Assembly (NCBI GenBank): GCA_041688155.1
Contig: JBDNIW010000015.1
Span: 1-47,477, forward strand
Reading direction: 5' to 3'
Length of the DNA stretch: 47,477 nt
Source of the DNA: Minisyncoccota bacterium
GTDB lineage: Bacteria; Patescibacteriota; Minisyncoccia; Phycocordibacterales; UBA918
In this document: positions 28,403 to 38,227 of the stretch, one piece after another
How the letters are laid out: each line of letters starts with the position of its first letter
Numbering within the stretch: position 1 is the stretch's first letter
The notes under the pieces: model-generated
Database searches by the model: none
Told to the model about the DNA's origin: nothing
What the model saw: the letters and a program-made list of their open reading frames with translations, nothing else
Program-made: the position numbers and the translations under genes

Positions 28403-28807
28403 ATGAATGAACCAACCATTTTTACCAAGATTATCAATCGAGACATCCCCGGGCAGTTTGTCTACGAGGACGAGCTGTGTGTGGTAATCATGGACGCATT
28501 TCCGTCGGTGCCTGGTCAAGTACTCGTCATCCCGCGCGAGCCCGTGGACTACGTATTTGATCTACCTGACACGACCTACCAACACATTTTTACGGTCGCC
28601 AAAACAATCACCGCTGCGCTTGATGCGACGTTTGATGTATCGCGCACCTGTCTGATAGTCGAAGGCTACGAAGTCCCCCACGCGCACATCAAACTCTACC
28701 CCATGCCGGTGACGGTCACAGCGCTCGACGAGGTCATCGGCACCACTACTCCAGCTGACCCCACAGAACTCGCCGCACTCTGCACCCGCATTAAAGCCGC
28801 ACTCTAA
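28403..28807 (+). CDS. HIT family protein
   Basis: TIFTKII, IP..VYEDE, GQVLVIP and EVPHAHIK. Confidence 0.92.
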   Translation: MNEPTIFTKIINRDIPGQFVYEDELCVVIMDAFPSVPGQVLVIPREPVDYVFDLPDTTYQHIFTVAKTITAALDATFDVSRTCLIVEGYEVPHAHIKLYPMPVTVTALDEVIGTTTPADPTELAALCTRIKAAL

Positions 28808-28837
28808 AAAACACCCTCCGAATCGGAGGGTGTTTTT
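28807..28837. terminator. Bidirectional terminator
   Basis: aaaaacaccctccg-aat-cggagggtgttttt. Confidence 0.8.
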
Positions 28838-28840
28838 GTT

Positions 28841-29956
28841 TTAGACCAACGATTCAATCACTGGCAGAGTGCCGTGCTCTAGGAACTCGAGCATCGCACC
28901 GCCGCCGATGGAGACGTGGGTGAATTGGTCATTAATGCCGAGCTTCTCGATAGCAGCTACGGTGTCACCACCACCGACCACTGATACGGCGTGTGATGCA
29001 GCGATGAGTTTGGCGATCGCTTCGGTGGCTTCGATGTAGCCACCTTCATAGTTTCCAAATGGTCCATTCCAGAGAATTGTGGCTGCGTTGTTGATGTACT
29101 CACGCAGCATCACTACAGTCTTGGGACCGGCATCAAGAACGGATTCGTCTGGCTGCACTTGGTCAATGGTGCAGGTTCGCTTCCCTTTGGGGCCGTTGAC
29201 CACGAGGTCAACTGGCAGTAGTAATTTGGGATTATTAAGAAAGTCGGCACCGACGAGCGATACGTCTGACACCAGCGAAGTCCCCACGGAATACCCCTTG
29301 GCTTTGAGCACGTCGTTTACCAGCGCTCCACCAATGAAAATGTGGTTGTACAAATTGAGATATTTTTCCACCAGCGGCATTTTGGTTTCAAATTTAGCAC
29401 CGCCGATGATAAATAATGATGGCGAGGTTGGTTTCATCACAGCGGTTAATTTCTGAACTTCCTGCAGTAGCGTTAGACCTGCGTAGCTCGGTATGAGTAG
29501 CGCGACGCCAGTAGTCGACGCGTGCGCCCGATGCGCGGCATCGAACGCGTCGTTCACAAACAATTCACCCAGATCAGCAATCTGCTGCGCAAACACCGGA
29601 TCGTTACTAGTTTCACCCGGGTGCTGGCGGGTGTTTTCGAGCACGAGGATATCACCATCATTCATCAGCGCCCGCCGCTCCAGACACTGCGCACTACCAA
29701 TACTACCGCCCCAGTGGGAGGGTAGCTGTTTCTCCAGTTCAGTAAACACCGGTTGCAGCGTTTCTTCTGGCTGGCGACCGATGTGGCCGATGAGAATTAT
29801 TTTTGCTCCGGCTTCATGCAAATAACGTAGGGTTGGGAGAGCTTTTTGCAGGCGGTACTGGTTGGTTACCACCCCCTCTTGCACAGGTAAATTAAGTGAC
29901 GAGCGGACAATGACGTACTTCCCGCGCAACTGTTCAATTTGGGTGACTGGTCGCAT
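28841..29956 (-). CDS. pgk: Phosphoglycerate kinase
   Basis: GHIGR, LENTR, VNDAF, AHRAHAST, GGAKFETK, WNGPFG and GGGDT. Confidence 0.97.
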   Translation of the reverse strand: MRPVTQIEQLRGKYVIVRSSLNLPVQEGVVTNQYRLQKALPTLRYLHEAGAKIILIGHIGRQPEETLQPVFTELEKQLPSHWGGSIGSAQCLERRALMNDGDILVLENTRQHPGETSNDPVFAQQIADLGELFVNDAFDAAHRAHASTTGVALLIPSYAGLTLLQEVQKLTAVMKPTSPSLFIIGGAKFETKMPLVEKYLNLYNHIFIGGALVNDVLKAKGYSVGTSLVSDVSLVGADFLNNPKLLLPVDLVVNGPKGKRTCTIDQVQPDESVLDAGPKTVVMLREYINNAATILWNGPFGNYEGGYIEATEAIAKLIAASHAVSVVGGGDTVAAIEKLGINDQFTHVSIGGGAMLEFLEHGTLPVIESLV

Positions 29957-29957
29957 A

Positions 29958-30716
29958 CTAAATAACCGCTTTACAAATCGCACTAAAATCAGCCGCTTTG
30001 AGGCTGGCACCACCAACGAGGAACCCACCCATGCCACCAACGCGGTGCAGCTCTGCGGCGTTGTGAGGTTTGACGCTACCACCGTACAACAGACGGACTG
30101 ACTGGGCGGTCGGGCGGTCGTGGATCTTGGTCAGGATACTTTCGATGAACAGCTGCATTTCTTTGACGTCATCATTAGTGGCGGTTTCGCCGGTGCCGAT
30201 AGCCCAGATTGGTTCGTAGGCAATGACGACTTTTTTCAGTTGTGCTGGCGCGAGTTCAGTCGCAAAACTGCGGATCTGGGTTTCCACTTCTGTAAAGAAA
30301 TTTCCGTTGGTATCTCGTTTCTTTTCTCCAATGCAAACGATAGGAATCAACTTCCCCGCCAGAGTCGCTTGTACTTTAGCCGACACCTCCACGTCTGTCT
30401 CGCCTGCTGCGCGGCGTTCTGAATGACCAATAATTACCAGCTCCACCCCACCGTCTTTGAGCTGTGCTGCTGATTGTTCACCCGTGTGGGCCCCAACCGC
30501 AAACGATGAGACGTTTTGCGCTGCAAGTGTAATTGGACTGCTGGTTAGTTTCTTGGCGACAGCAGCACTGTGTAGCGCGGTCGGCGCAATGGCGACGTAC
30601 GGCGTCTCAGCTTTCTGGTGGGCTTTGACGACGGCAACTGCCAGGGCAACGGCGTGTAGCTCGGTTACTGGATTACATTTCCAGTTGCCAACAATCAGTG
30701 GAATAGTTTTTTTCAT
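29958..30716 (-). CDS. tpiA: Triosephosphate isomerase
   Basis: GNWK, GHSERR, AYEPIWAIGTG and YGGSV. Confidence 0.98.
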   Translation of the reverse strand: MKKTIPLIVGNWKCNPVTELHAVALAVAVVKAHQKAETPYVAIAPTALHSAAVAKKLTSSPITLAAQNVSSFAVGAHTGEQSAAQLKDGGVELVIIGHSERRAAGETDVEVSAKVQATLAGKLIPIVCIGEKKRDTNGNFFTEVETQIRSFATELAPAQLKKVVIAYEPIWAIGTGETATNDDVKEMQLFIESILTKIHDRPTAQSVRLLYGGSVKPHNAAELHRVGGMGGFLVGGASLKAADFSAICKAVI

Positions 30717-30858
30717 ATGGAAAATTGTAGCATGAGCCGACTCAGTCAACGTACCAGAATTTCTACACGGGTGCCCTCCTCGCCCTACTTCCGCATGGCT
30801 GCGCACCAGTCGTTCTGGCTCACTTCGAAATCAGATGCTTCCTAGAATCAACCAGAAA

Positions 30859-32262
30859 TTATCCTTCTAGTCGCCAATCTTGCAACTCGTACACGTCTGA
30901 AGTCTCAGGCGTTAATGGTGGAGGATTATCCACTTGATCACGATCAAATGAGGTGACTCGGCTGCGAAAGCCAGACATGTGTTCTCCAGTATTAGTATTA
31001 ATCCATTCTGTCCCTCCACCAAGATTAGAAATAACTGAACCCAGCCGGGTCAAACTGTTTCTTGAGACAAAAGGGTCTAAACTGCTAGGTAGTCCCTTCC
31101 AGCCACCATCCCAACAGTAAGCACAGTAATAATTACGACCAAACCGACCATTTTGGGCGATAAAAATACCGTTTGCCGTCAGATTCGCTGGCACATCAAT
31201 TCCAACATCCACATCATGTTCAGCAATTGCTAGAAGTCCTGCATTACTCCCTGCCACATAGGTAATGTTGTCATGAATCACGATGTTGTTTTGGGTATTG
31301 AGAGTATTGAGGCCAGCAGACACCACCACTTTCTGATTAATTGCGCCTTCGATCCAAAGTTTATCTTCAAAAAAGAGTACCGGGCAATCAGCATCAATCG
31401 GCAGGTTGTTAGCAATCATGACGTTGCTCAAAATGTCGTTACGCTCCCCTTGATGCCATCTCTCAGCGGCTGAGAAAGACCAGTAGTTCTGCGTGCTCGT
31501 GACCCGAAATACATCAACGGTGTTATTTCCATTGAACAGCAGTCGGTAGCCCCAGCCACCGCTTGGGCCGTAATATATCCCCGATGCCTGCGCACTCGTC
31601 CGCATTTGAGTCATATCAATAGTTAAGCCAGCAAAATCAATCGGGGAAACTGGAAATTGAAATAATCCTGGCGTTGCATTGGCGGTGGTCGTAAATACTC
31701 CGTCGTTACCATCAAGAAATAGTATTCCACTACCAACATAAGAATTATGAAACCCGTCCATCTGAACCTGCTGATTACCGTGGACTGGGCCGGTAATCAC
31801 TCGAGACGCACCGTACCGCACATTAGCGTTACTAATAAATGAGTATTCCGCTACCGTTGGTAGTTTATAGGTAGCGCTAACCACTGACTGCGCAGCGGTA
31901 TTGGCAAACGTACGTCCAGTAGACTGTACCCGGAGTGACGACACTTCACCGCAGTACGAATTACTTGTAATCGCTAAGTCGTATTCGCCGACAGCCCCTG
32001 CTTCGGGATCAAAATAAGTATAGGTACCACCACCACCAGCATCACCAGGAAAATGAGCGAGATACCATTTATAATAATTCAGACCAGCTTCTGCAATCTC
32101 GGTGGCTCGCTGTTGTTCAACCCGCACATCAACCGCTCGAGCTTGAGTGACTACTGAACTGATGAACGAACTGATAATAATTAGGAAAACTGCTCCAAAC
32201 ACGAGTACTAGTATCAAGAGCTGGCCTGATTGTTTTGCGACCATGGGTGATGCGTGAAACAT
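30859..32262 (-). CDS. PilX-like minor pilin
   Basis: QSGQLLILVLVF hydrophobic N-terminus and ATEIAEAGL; last gene of the pilus operon. Confidence 0.8.
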   Translation of the reverse strand: MFHASPMVAKQSGQLLILVLVFGAVFLIIISSFISSVVTQARAVDVRVEQQRATEIAEAGLNYYKWYLAHFPGDAGGGGTYTYFDPEAGAVGEYDLAITSNSYCGEVSSLRVQSTGRTFANTAAQSVVSATYKLPTVAEYSFISNANVRYGASRVITGPVHGNQQVQMDGFHNSYVGSGILFLDGNDGVFTTTANATPGLFQFPVSPIDFAGLTIDMTQMRTSAQASGIYYGPSGGWGYRLLFNGNNTVDVFRVTSTQNYWSFSAAERWHQGERNDILSNVMIANNLPIDADCPVLFFEDKLWIEGAINQKVVVSAGLNTLNTQNNIVIHDNITYVAGSNAGLLAIAEHDVDVGIDVPANLTANGIFIAQNGRFGRNYYCAYCWDGGWKGLPSSLDPFVSRNSLTRLGSVISNLGGGTEWINTNTGEHMSGFRSRVTSFDRDQVDNPPPLTPETSDVYELQDWRLEG

Positions 32263-32269
32263 ATTCTGT

Positions 32270-32878
32270 TTATAGGTTATCCTTTAGGTTGCGTGGTGCC
32301 AAGCTTGACCTGAGCATAAACTCGCCAGGGTTGCGATCCGGGTCAATATTGACAATGACCTGGAATTGAATAAACCGCACATTAATTAGTGGTGACGTCG
32401 AAGCGAGAGCATTGCCAGCATTGTCAAAATAGAAAAAAGTCGATGTCGATTGGTTTATGTTCTGCACGTACTCAGACAACACCTCAACCGTGTCTGGGGT
32501 CGTCAAATCATACGACAATGGTGAACCAGTTGGGTTGTAGGTGAATTTTCGCAGGGTGGTCGTGGACAGAATGTACTCGACGTATTCGACACTATCGTCA
32601 CGATCAGTATCACTATAATACCCCAATCGGTGGGGCTCAATCACTGCCAACGGCCAAGTTCCATCCTCAGCAGTGGTCATTCCTTTGGCATCTCGATTCC
32701 ATTGGGTCACCCCTCGCCTGGCACTATCGACCTCGCCTGACTGCTCGACCGCGTAGGCGTTGGAACGATACAAAGATGTAATACTCGTCATCACCGCCAA
32801 CATTAAGATGACATAAATTCCAATGGCTATCACCATTTCCATCAATGTCATGCCGGCTTGGGTGGGATGTTTGATCAT
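32270..32878 (-). CDS. Prepilin-type minor pilin (PilW/PulJ-like)
   Basis: QAG|MTLMEMVIAI class III signal peptide. Confidence 0.88.
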   Translation of the reverse strand: MIKHPTQAGMTLMEMVIAIGIYVILMLAVMTSITSLYRSNAYAVEQSGEVDSARRGVTQWNRDAKGMTTAEDGTWPLAVIEPHRLGYYSDTDRDDSVEYVEYILSTTTLRKFTYNPTGSPLSYDLTTPDTVEVLSEYVQNINQSTSTFFYFDNAGNALASTSPLINVRFIQFQVIVNIDPDRNPGEFMLRSSLAPRNLKDNL

Positions 32879-34647
32879 GGTATCAATATAATAGTACTGG
32901 TCACGTCATTGGACACGGTAAACGGATCAATTGTTTGAGTCGCAAACCCCGGAGCAGACACAACCAGTCTATAGTCAGCAGCGTCAGTTAGACCACCAGT
33001 GAAGAAGGTTTGTCCACAGGTGTTCGTGGTCTGCATCACGTCGTAGCCGCTGCGCTGCAGTCTAACCGAAACACCAGGAATACTACGAGCCAGTCCGTCA
33101 CTCACTGACACCCGTACAGTGTAGGCTGCATCAGGTACATAGAGCAAGGCAACTGAACTATCGATACCAGCTCGATGCACCACTGGATGCGAGGCACACG
33201 CAGCAGCCAAATCAGCACCCGCTGTCGAAGTTACTGTATACGCATCAAACTCTAAATCAACCAGCGTCGCATTGCCACCAGCATCAGCAGTAACACTACG
33301 AACGGTTTTGTAAATCGGTGCTGAGGCTGAATCGGTGCCAATGATTTTATTACCTCGAACGTCCAAAGTGAATCCCGATCGATTGGTGACACTCTCACGC
33401 CAGTACACCTCTATTTCACCAATCCTGGGAGTAACTGCGCTGTCAGTCGTCATTAGCGTCAGCCCAACACTCACCGCTGGATACAACACCGGATCCAAGC
33501 CACTCAAATCAATCAACGTATCGGTAAAACCAGCTGTGTTACCAGGCAGATTGCTGTCAGGGATCAGCGTGTAAGCGGTAAGAGCATCTCCGGTATATAG
33601 CTGCACGACGTAGTTGGTGTTACTAGGTAGGTCTGACACCAATCGCACCACCTCCCATTGAGCAAGTGTCGCTGGTGTCACGGGGTTCAAAAATACACGC
33701 CCTTGCAGGTCGTATACCCCAGAGGAATCACGCAATTGCAGGTCACCGCCACTAACGGCCGTCGTTCCAGTTGATGAGGCGATTCCAGAGATATCAGAGA
33801 ATACTTCGAGGACTGAATCTTCAACCAGGGCACTCATAGCCTTGATGGCAAAATCACTCAACTCGCCAATCTGAAAGGTGAGGGTTGAAACATCAGCCTC
33901 CAGCACGGCAAACGGTCCAACCACCGGGTTGGGATTTGAAGTGGTCGCTACGTACGTGCTGGCAGTTGAGTATTGCCGCCCGGCAATATTTGCAGTTACC
34001 TCGACTTGATATCCACTATCAGCCGGCACAGCAAACAGGGCTGATCCGGCAGCCGTAGTTGGATTGGTTACATCATACGCAAACGTTGTGCTGGCACTAA
34101 ACAACCGCACAGACGCCCCGGTCAGCAGCGCGCTGTCAGCATCAAGCACATTGATGCGCACCGTTCCACCTCCAACATCAGTTTCCATTGCCCGCGGGAC
34201 GATGTAACTAGACAGTGACAGCTCTTTGGTATCACCACCAATAGACCAGGTGTATTCTAGTCTAATTTGTTTGTAATCAGTAACAATACCGTTTCCGTCC
34301 ACCCCTGCAATATCGTCGGCGGGATCATCCACGTAATCAACCCGCACTCGTTCATTAAAATCAAGGCCGTTGAGTGTCAGCAGACTAGTTTGCGGAATGG
34401 TACCAGCCGGAAACCCAGCTACCACTCCGACACTGTCATACGGAAGGGAGCGATAGTATTCCATCCGGTCATTGGCGAGAGACAAAGCACTGAGTTTGGC
34501 CCGAGTGGTCGCCATCAGCTCCAGAGTGAATTGAAACGAGAGAAACAGCGCTCCAAAAATAATCACCATCACTGACGTCACCACAATTAACTCTATAAAA
34601 ATAAAACCAGAGTGATTTGCGCGATTTGTGCGATTACAGTACTGCAT
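32875..34647 (-). CDS. Large prepilin-type protein with carboxypeptidase-regulatory-like domains
   Basis: SG|FIFIELIVV; GASVRL and GVSVRL...YRLVVSAPGF segments. Confidence 0.85.
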   Translation of the reverse strand: MQYCNRTNRANHSGFIFIELIVVTSVMVIIFGALFLSFQFTLELMATTRAKLSALSLANDRMEYYRSLPYDSVGVVAGFPAGTIPQTSLLTLNGLDFNERVRVDYVDDPADDIAGVDGNGIVTDYKQIRLEYTWSIGGDTKELSLSSYIVPRAMETDVGGGTVRINVLDADSALLTGASVRLFSASTTFAYDVTNPTTAAGSALFAVPADSGYQVEVTANIAGRQYSTASTYVATTSNPNPVVGPFAVLEADVSTLTFQIGELSDFAIKAMSALVEDSVLEVFSDISGIASSTGTTAVSGGDLQLRDSSGVYDLQGRVFLNPVTPATLAQWEVVRLVSDLPSNTNYVVQLYTGDALTAYTLIPDSNLPGNTAGFTDTLIDLSGLDPVLYPAVSVGLTLMTTDSAVTPRIGEIEVYWRESVTNRSGFTLDVRGNKIIGTDSASAPIYKTVRSVTADAGGNATLVDLEFDAYTVTSTAGADLAAACASHPVVHRAGIDSSVALLYVPDAAYTVRVSVSDGLARSIPGVSVRLQRSGYDVMQTTNTCGQTFFTGGLTDAADYRLVVSAPGFATQTIDPFTVSNDVTSTIILIP

Positions 34648-34650
34648 ATT

Positions 34651-35877
34651 TTAGATAGCGTCACCAATTGAGTAAATCGGTGCAATCAGCGCCAGCGCAA
34701 AGAACCCTACCCCACCACCAATCACTACCATCAAGAGCGGCTCGATAATAGTTGAGAGATCTTTGGTTTTACGTTCGACTTCAGTCTCGTAAAATATCGC
34801 CAACTCACTAAGCATCCCGGCAATTTGCCCAGTTTCTTCACCCACCAAAATCATTTCACCAACCAAGATTGGATACAGGTCGTTTCGTTCGATAAACACT
34901 TCTGATAGAGCCGTCCCTTTCTCAACCCGCAGGGCAGCCTCGGCCAAGATTTGTTTGTAAAATACGTTTTGCACTACTTCTTGGGTAATCTCGATGGCTT
35001 GAATCACATCGACACCAGAGTTGAGGAGCGACGAGAGGGTGCGAGCGGTGCGAGCAGCGTTGGTTTCTTTTGCAAGCGTACCAATAACTGGTAGTTTGGG
35101 AATAATCCACGACGTGGCGATTTTGCCGTACTTAGTTTTAAGCGCGTAGACAATACTAGCTAGACCAGCCAGTAGCCCACCAAGCGCCAAAAACGTGTAA
35201 TTCACCAAAAAATCACTCATGACAATCAGGAATTGTGTGGTCGGTGGCAAGTCAGACCCCATGTCGGCAAACACACCCGTAATCTGCGGCATCACAAAGA
35301 TCATCATCATGATCCCAATCACCACCATCACGATAATCACGATCGACGGATAAATCATCGCACCTTTGATTTTTTTCTTGAGGGTGTTGATGCGATCCAT
35401 CTGGATGGCCAGCGTCTGCAGTGACTCAGCCAGGTTCCCGCTCTCTTCACCCGCGCGCACCATCGCGACATAGAGGTCGTTGAACACTTCAGGGAACTCT
35501 CGGAGGGCCTCGTTGAACGAATCACCTTTGTTGATTCGGGCCACCATCGACGTCATCACTCCGTGCAGGCGAGGGTTTTTGGTTTGCCGCTTGATCACGT
35601 CAAGCGCACGGGACACCGTCAGACCAGCGGTGAGCATTGACCCGAGGTTCCGTGTCACCATCACCAACTCGTCGCCTTTGACGCGACTCAATTTATAGTT
35701 GATCCGCTCCAGGTTAAATACATTACTCAGTGAAAATGCCGAGATTGCTTCCACTTTTGAGACGGTATGTCCCTCGGTGCGAGCAATCGCGTACACGGCA
35801 AACCGATCAGCCGCTTCAACCGTCTGCTCGACGGCTGTCCCGGTGCTATCTTGTCCACTGTAGGTAAATGTTGGCAC
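34651..35877 (-). CDS. pilC: Type IV pilus platform protein (GspF/PilC family)
   Basis: MVRAGEESGNL, AMIYP, VGEETG and IIEPLLMV; GTG start. Confidence 0.95.
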   Translation of the reverse strand: MPTFTYSGQDSTGTAVEQTVEAADRFAVYAIARTEGHTVSKVEAISAFSLSNVFNLERINYKLSRVKGDELVMVTRNLGSMLTAGLTVSRALDVIKRQTKNPRLHGVMTSMVARINKGDSFNEALREFPEVFNDLYVAMVRAGEESGNLAESLQTLAIQMDRINTLKKKIKGAMIYPSIVIIVMVVIGIMMMIFVMPQITGVFADMGSDLPPTTQFLIVMSDFLVNYTFLALGGLLAGLASIVYALKTKYGKIATSWIIPKLPVIGTLAKETNAARTARTLSSLLNSGVDVIQAIEITQEVVQNVFYKQILAEAALRVEKGTALSEVFIERNDLYPILVGEMILVGEETGQIAGMLSELAIFYETEVERKTKDLSTIIEPLLMVVIGGGVGFFALALIAPIYSIGDAI

Positions 35878-35891
35878 GTTATTGGTTTAAG

Positions 35892-37643
35892 CTACTCATT
35901 GATAACTCTTAAGACCTCTTCAATACTGGTCATCCCTTGCGCCGCTTTAAATATTCCGTCTTCGAGCATGGTAAGCATACCCTCTTTGCGAGCTTGGATC
36001 TCGACCTCGTCACCGGTTTTACCAGCCATCACCATTTCTTTGATGGTAGGAGAGATCACTAGCACCTCCTGGATCCCTATCCGGCCGCTGTACCCGTCCT
36101 CACTTTCACCATTTTCGGTAGGTCTATAAAACGTAACGGTATTCCAAGTTGCCCTGGCGTCTATAATTTGCTCTTCTTTCAGAGTCGCCAGCATAAAATC
36201 CATATTGATTTTTGTGGCCAGCTGGTCTTGCTCAGCTTTGCTTAGCGTATATGCCACTTGATCATCAGACAACAGCCGCACCAAGCGCTGTCCAATCGCC
36301 ACCCGAATTGTCGACACGAGTAGAAAAGTTTCCGCCCCCATTTCAACCAACCGAGCAATGGTGCCCGAGGCTGAGTTGGTGTGAATGGTTGCGAGTACGA
36401 GGTGTCCAGTGAGTGCTGCGTTGATTGCAAGCGAAGCGGTTTCCTCATCGCGGATTTCTCCAACCATGATTACGTCTGGGTCCTGACGCATGAGTGAGCG
36501 CAAGCCAGCCGCAAAGGTAAAGCCAATTTCTGGTTTGACTTGAGATTGGTTGACCCGCGGCATCTGGTACTCGATAGGGTCTTCGATAGTCGAGATGTTG
36601 ACCTCGGGTTTGTTGAGTAGGTCGAGCACGGTATACAGAGTCGTTGATTTCCCCGACCCAGTTGGCCCAGTCACCAGGATAATACCGGTGGTAGCCCTAG
36701 TCGCCTTGTGCACGCGCTCGAGCGTACTGCCGTGGAACCCAACCCCTTCGAGTGAGAACCCGCTGCGATTCTCCCGCAGCAAACGCATAACGACTTTTTC
36801 ACCGTAGAATACCGGCAACATTGAGACGCGGAAGGCGACTTTTTGGCCATCCATTTCCATTTTGAACCGACCGTCTTGGGGCAGTCTTTTCTGGTCGAGT
36901 TTCAGATTAGAGAGGACTTTGAGCCGGGCAACGACGTTACCCGAGGCTATTTTAGGCAGTTTCATCGCGTCGTGCAAAATACCATCGGTGCGATACCGGA
37001 CCAACACTTCTTCCTCCATTGGTTCGATGTGGATGTCGGACGCGCCCTGCATGATGGCATGCCGCAACAGCGTATCGACGATGCGCACTACTGGCAGATC
37101 TTCGGCGGCTTTTTTCATGTCTGCTTCACTGACCTCTTCACCACTTTCTTCAGCCAGGACTTTGAGCTGCGACGCGTCTTTCATGATCAAATCCCCAAAC
37201 TCGTCTTTGAGGGTTTTTTGGTACTGTCGCAGGGCAGCCCGCATTGATTCGGTATCAGTTAGCCGCGGTTGGATTTTGAGGCGGACTTTTTTCTTGACAA
37301 AATCAATCGCTGGCAAGTCAGCCGTATCGAGCATGGCGACCTCGAGCGTGTCTTCACTTTTTTTGTAGGCGATAATGTTGTGGGTGCGGGCGACTGGCTC
37401 CGGGATCATCGTCAGGGTCTCAAAGTCGATCTTGAGGTCTTTGAGCGATACAAACGGAATACCTAATACATACGCCTCCACCCGGCGCAAGTCATTTTCG
37501 TTCATCACCCCTTTGGCAAGCATCGAGTCAGCCAGGGTGCGCCCTTCGTCTTTGGCCACTTTTTCGGCCTCCGCAATGGCGGTTTTAGTAATTAGCCCCG
37601 CATCGAGGACAAATCGCTTAAGTTGTTCATCTTTGATTCGCAT
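35892..37643 (-). CDS. pilB: Type IV pilus assembly ATPase (GspE/PilB)
   Basis: ASDIHIEP, RLPQDGR, GPTGSGKSTT, TIEDPIE and RQDPDVIMVGEIRD. Confidence 0.95.
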   Translation of the reverse strand: MRIKDEQLKRFVLDAGLITKTAIAEAEKVAKDEGRTLADSMLAKGVMNENDLRRVEAYVLGIPFVSLKDLKIDFETLTMIPEPVARTHNIIAYKKSEDTLEVAMLDTADLPAIDFVKKKVRLKIQPRLTDTESMRAALRQYQKTLKDEFGDLIMKDASQLKVLAEESGEEVSEADMKKAAEDLPVVRIVDTLLRHAIMQGASDIHIEPMEEEVLVRYRTDGILHDAMKLPKIASGNVVARLKVLSNLKLDQKRLPQDGRFKMEMDGQKVAFRVSMLPVFYGEKVVMRLLRENRSGFSLEGVGFHGSTLERVHKATRATTGIILVTGPTGSGKSTTLYTVLDLLNKPEVNISTIEDPIEYQMPRVNQSQVKPEIGFTFAAGLRSLMRQDPDVIMVGEIRDEETASLAINAALTGHLVLATIHTNSASGTIARLVEMGAETFLLVSTIRVAIGQRLVRLLSDDQVAYTLSKAEQDQLATKINMDFMLATLKEEQIIDARATWNTVTFYRPTENGESEDGYSGRIGIQEVLVISPTIKEMVMAGKTGDEVEIQARKEGMLTMLEDGIFKAAQGMTSIEEVLRVINE

Positions 37644-37792
37644 ATAAATGAGCAAACGAGCGTAGTGACAATAATCTGGGAGACTATTGTAAGGTTGTGA
37701 ACACAGTTCCTAATCGGTGGCTTTTGCCCACCACCGATTGTAGGAACAAGGAACTCAAAGCACTACCCTCACTTGTTACTTGTAGTATAGCA
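37644..37792 (-). promoter_or_regulatory. Pilus-operon promoter and structured 5' leader
   Basis: TG-C-TATACT (37792-37784); three-way-junction-like base pairing across 37653-37775. Confidence 0.6.
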
Positions 37793-37831
37793 CCAGACTA
37801 GCAACCGCACTGCCAGTCATACACAAAAAAA

Positions 37832-37857
37832 CGGCAATTCCTGGAAAGGAATTGCCG
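37832..37857 (-). terminator. Intrinsic terminator
   Basis: cggcaattcc/ggaattgccg with an A-tract on the plus strand (U-tract on minus). Confidence 0.75.
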
Positions 37858-37867
37858 ATTTTGGGGC

Positions 37868-38227
37868 TCATGGCTGAGCGATTGCCTCCCTGAGCGCGGC
37901 GCTGATGGCGTCACGCTGCTGCTCGAGCTCGGTTGGCGATAGGTCCATTATTGCCTGATCGTCTGCCTCAGCGTAGGGCGTCAAATCGCAGGCCGAGTTT
38001 GTACCGCAGTGGAGCGACTCGTGGGTAAAAACCCTGTGGTTTCCAATCACAATCACGTCACTCGGGCGCGGGCGCGGGCGGATGGATGTCGACATAAACA
38101 CCTCTTCCACAACCAGTTCCGAAGTCTCGACACTCGTCTGTTGTGCCTGGTGATCAATAATCAACCAGGCACACCCGGCGACGATTATCAGGGACAACGT
38201 CGCCGCAAGCCAGTAAGTAATTTTCAT
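37868..38227 (-). CDS. Hypothetical membrane-anchored protein
   Basis: N-terminal TM; GAGGA upstream of the ATG; TSIRPRPRP motif. Confidence 0.75.
   Translation of the reverse strand: MKITYWLAATLSLIIVAGCAWLIIDHQAQQTSVETSELVVEEVFMSTSIRPRPRPSDVIVIGNHRVFTHESLHCGTNSACDLTPYAEADDQAIMDLSPTELEQQRDAISAALREAIAQP

Noticed and set aside
30758-30859. Possible structured element between the pilX-like gene and tpiA (aatttct/agaaatt, ggtgc/gcacc)
   Set aside because: Stems are short and the similarity to the 26548-26657 element is too limited to support.
37721-37730. GGGCAAAAGCC resembling a c-di-GMP-I riboswitch
   Set aside because: The two-hairpin GCAAAC/GCAAAG arrangement with a tetraloop receptor is not evident.
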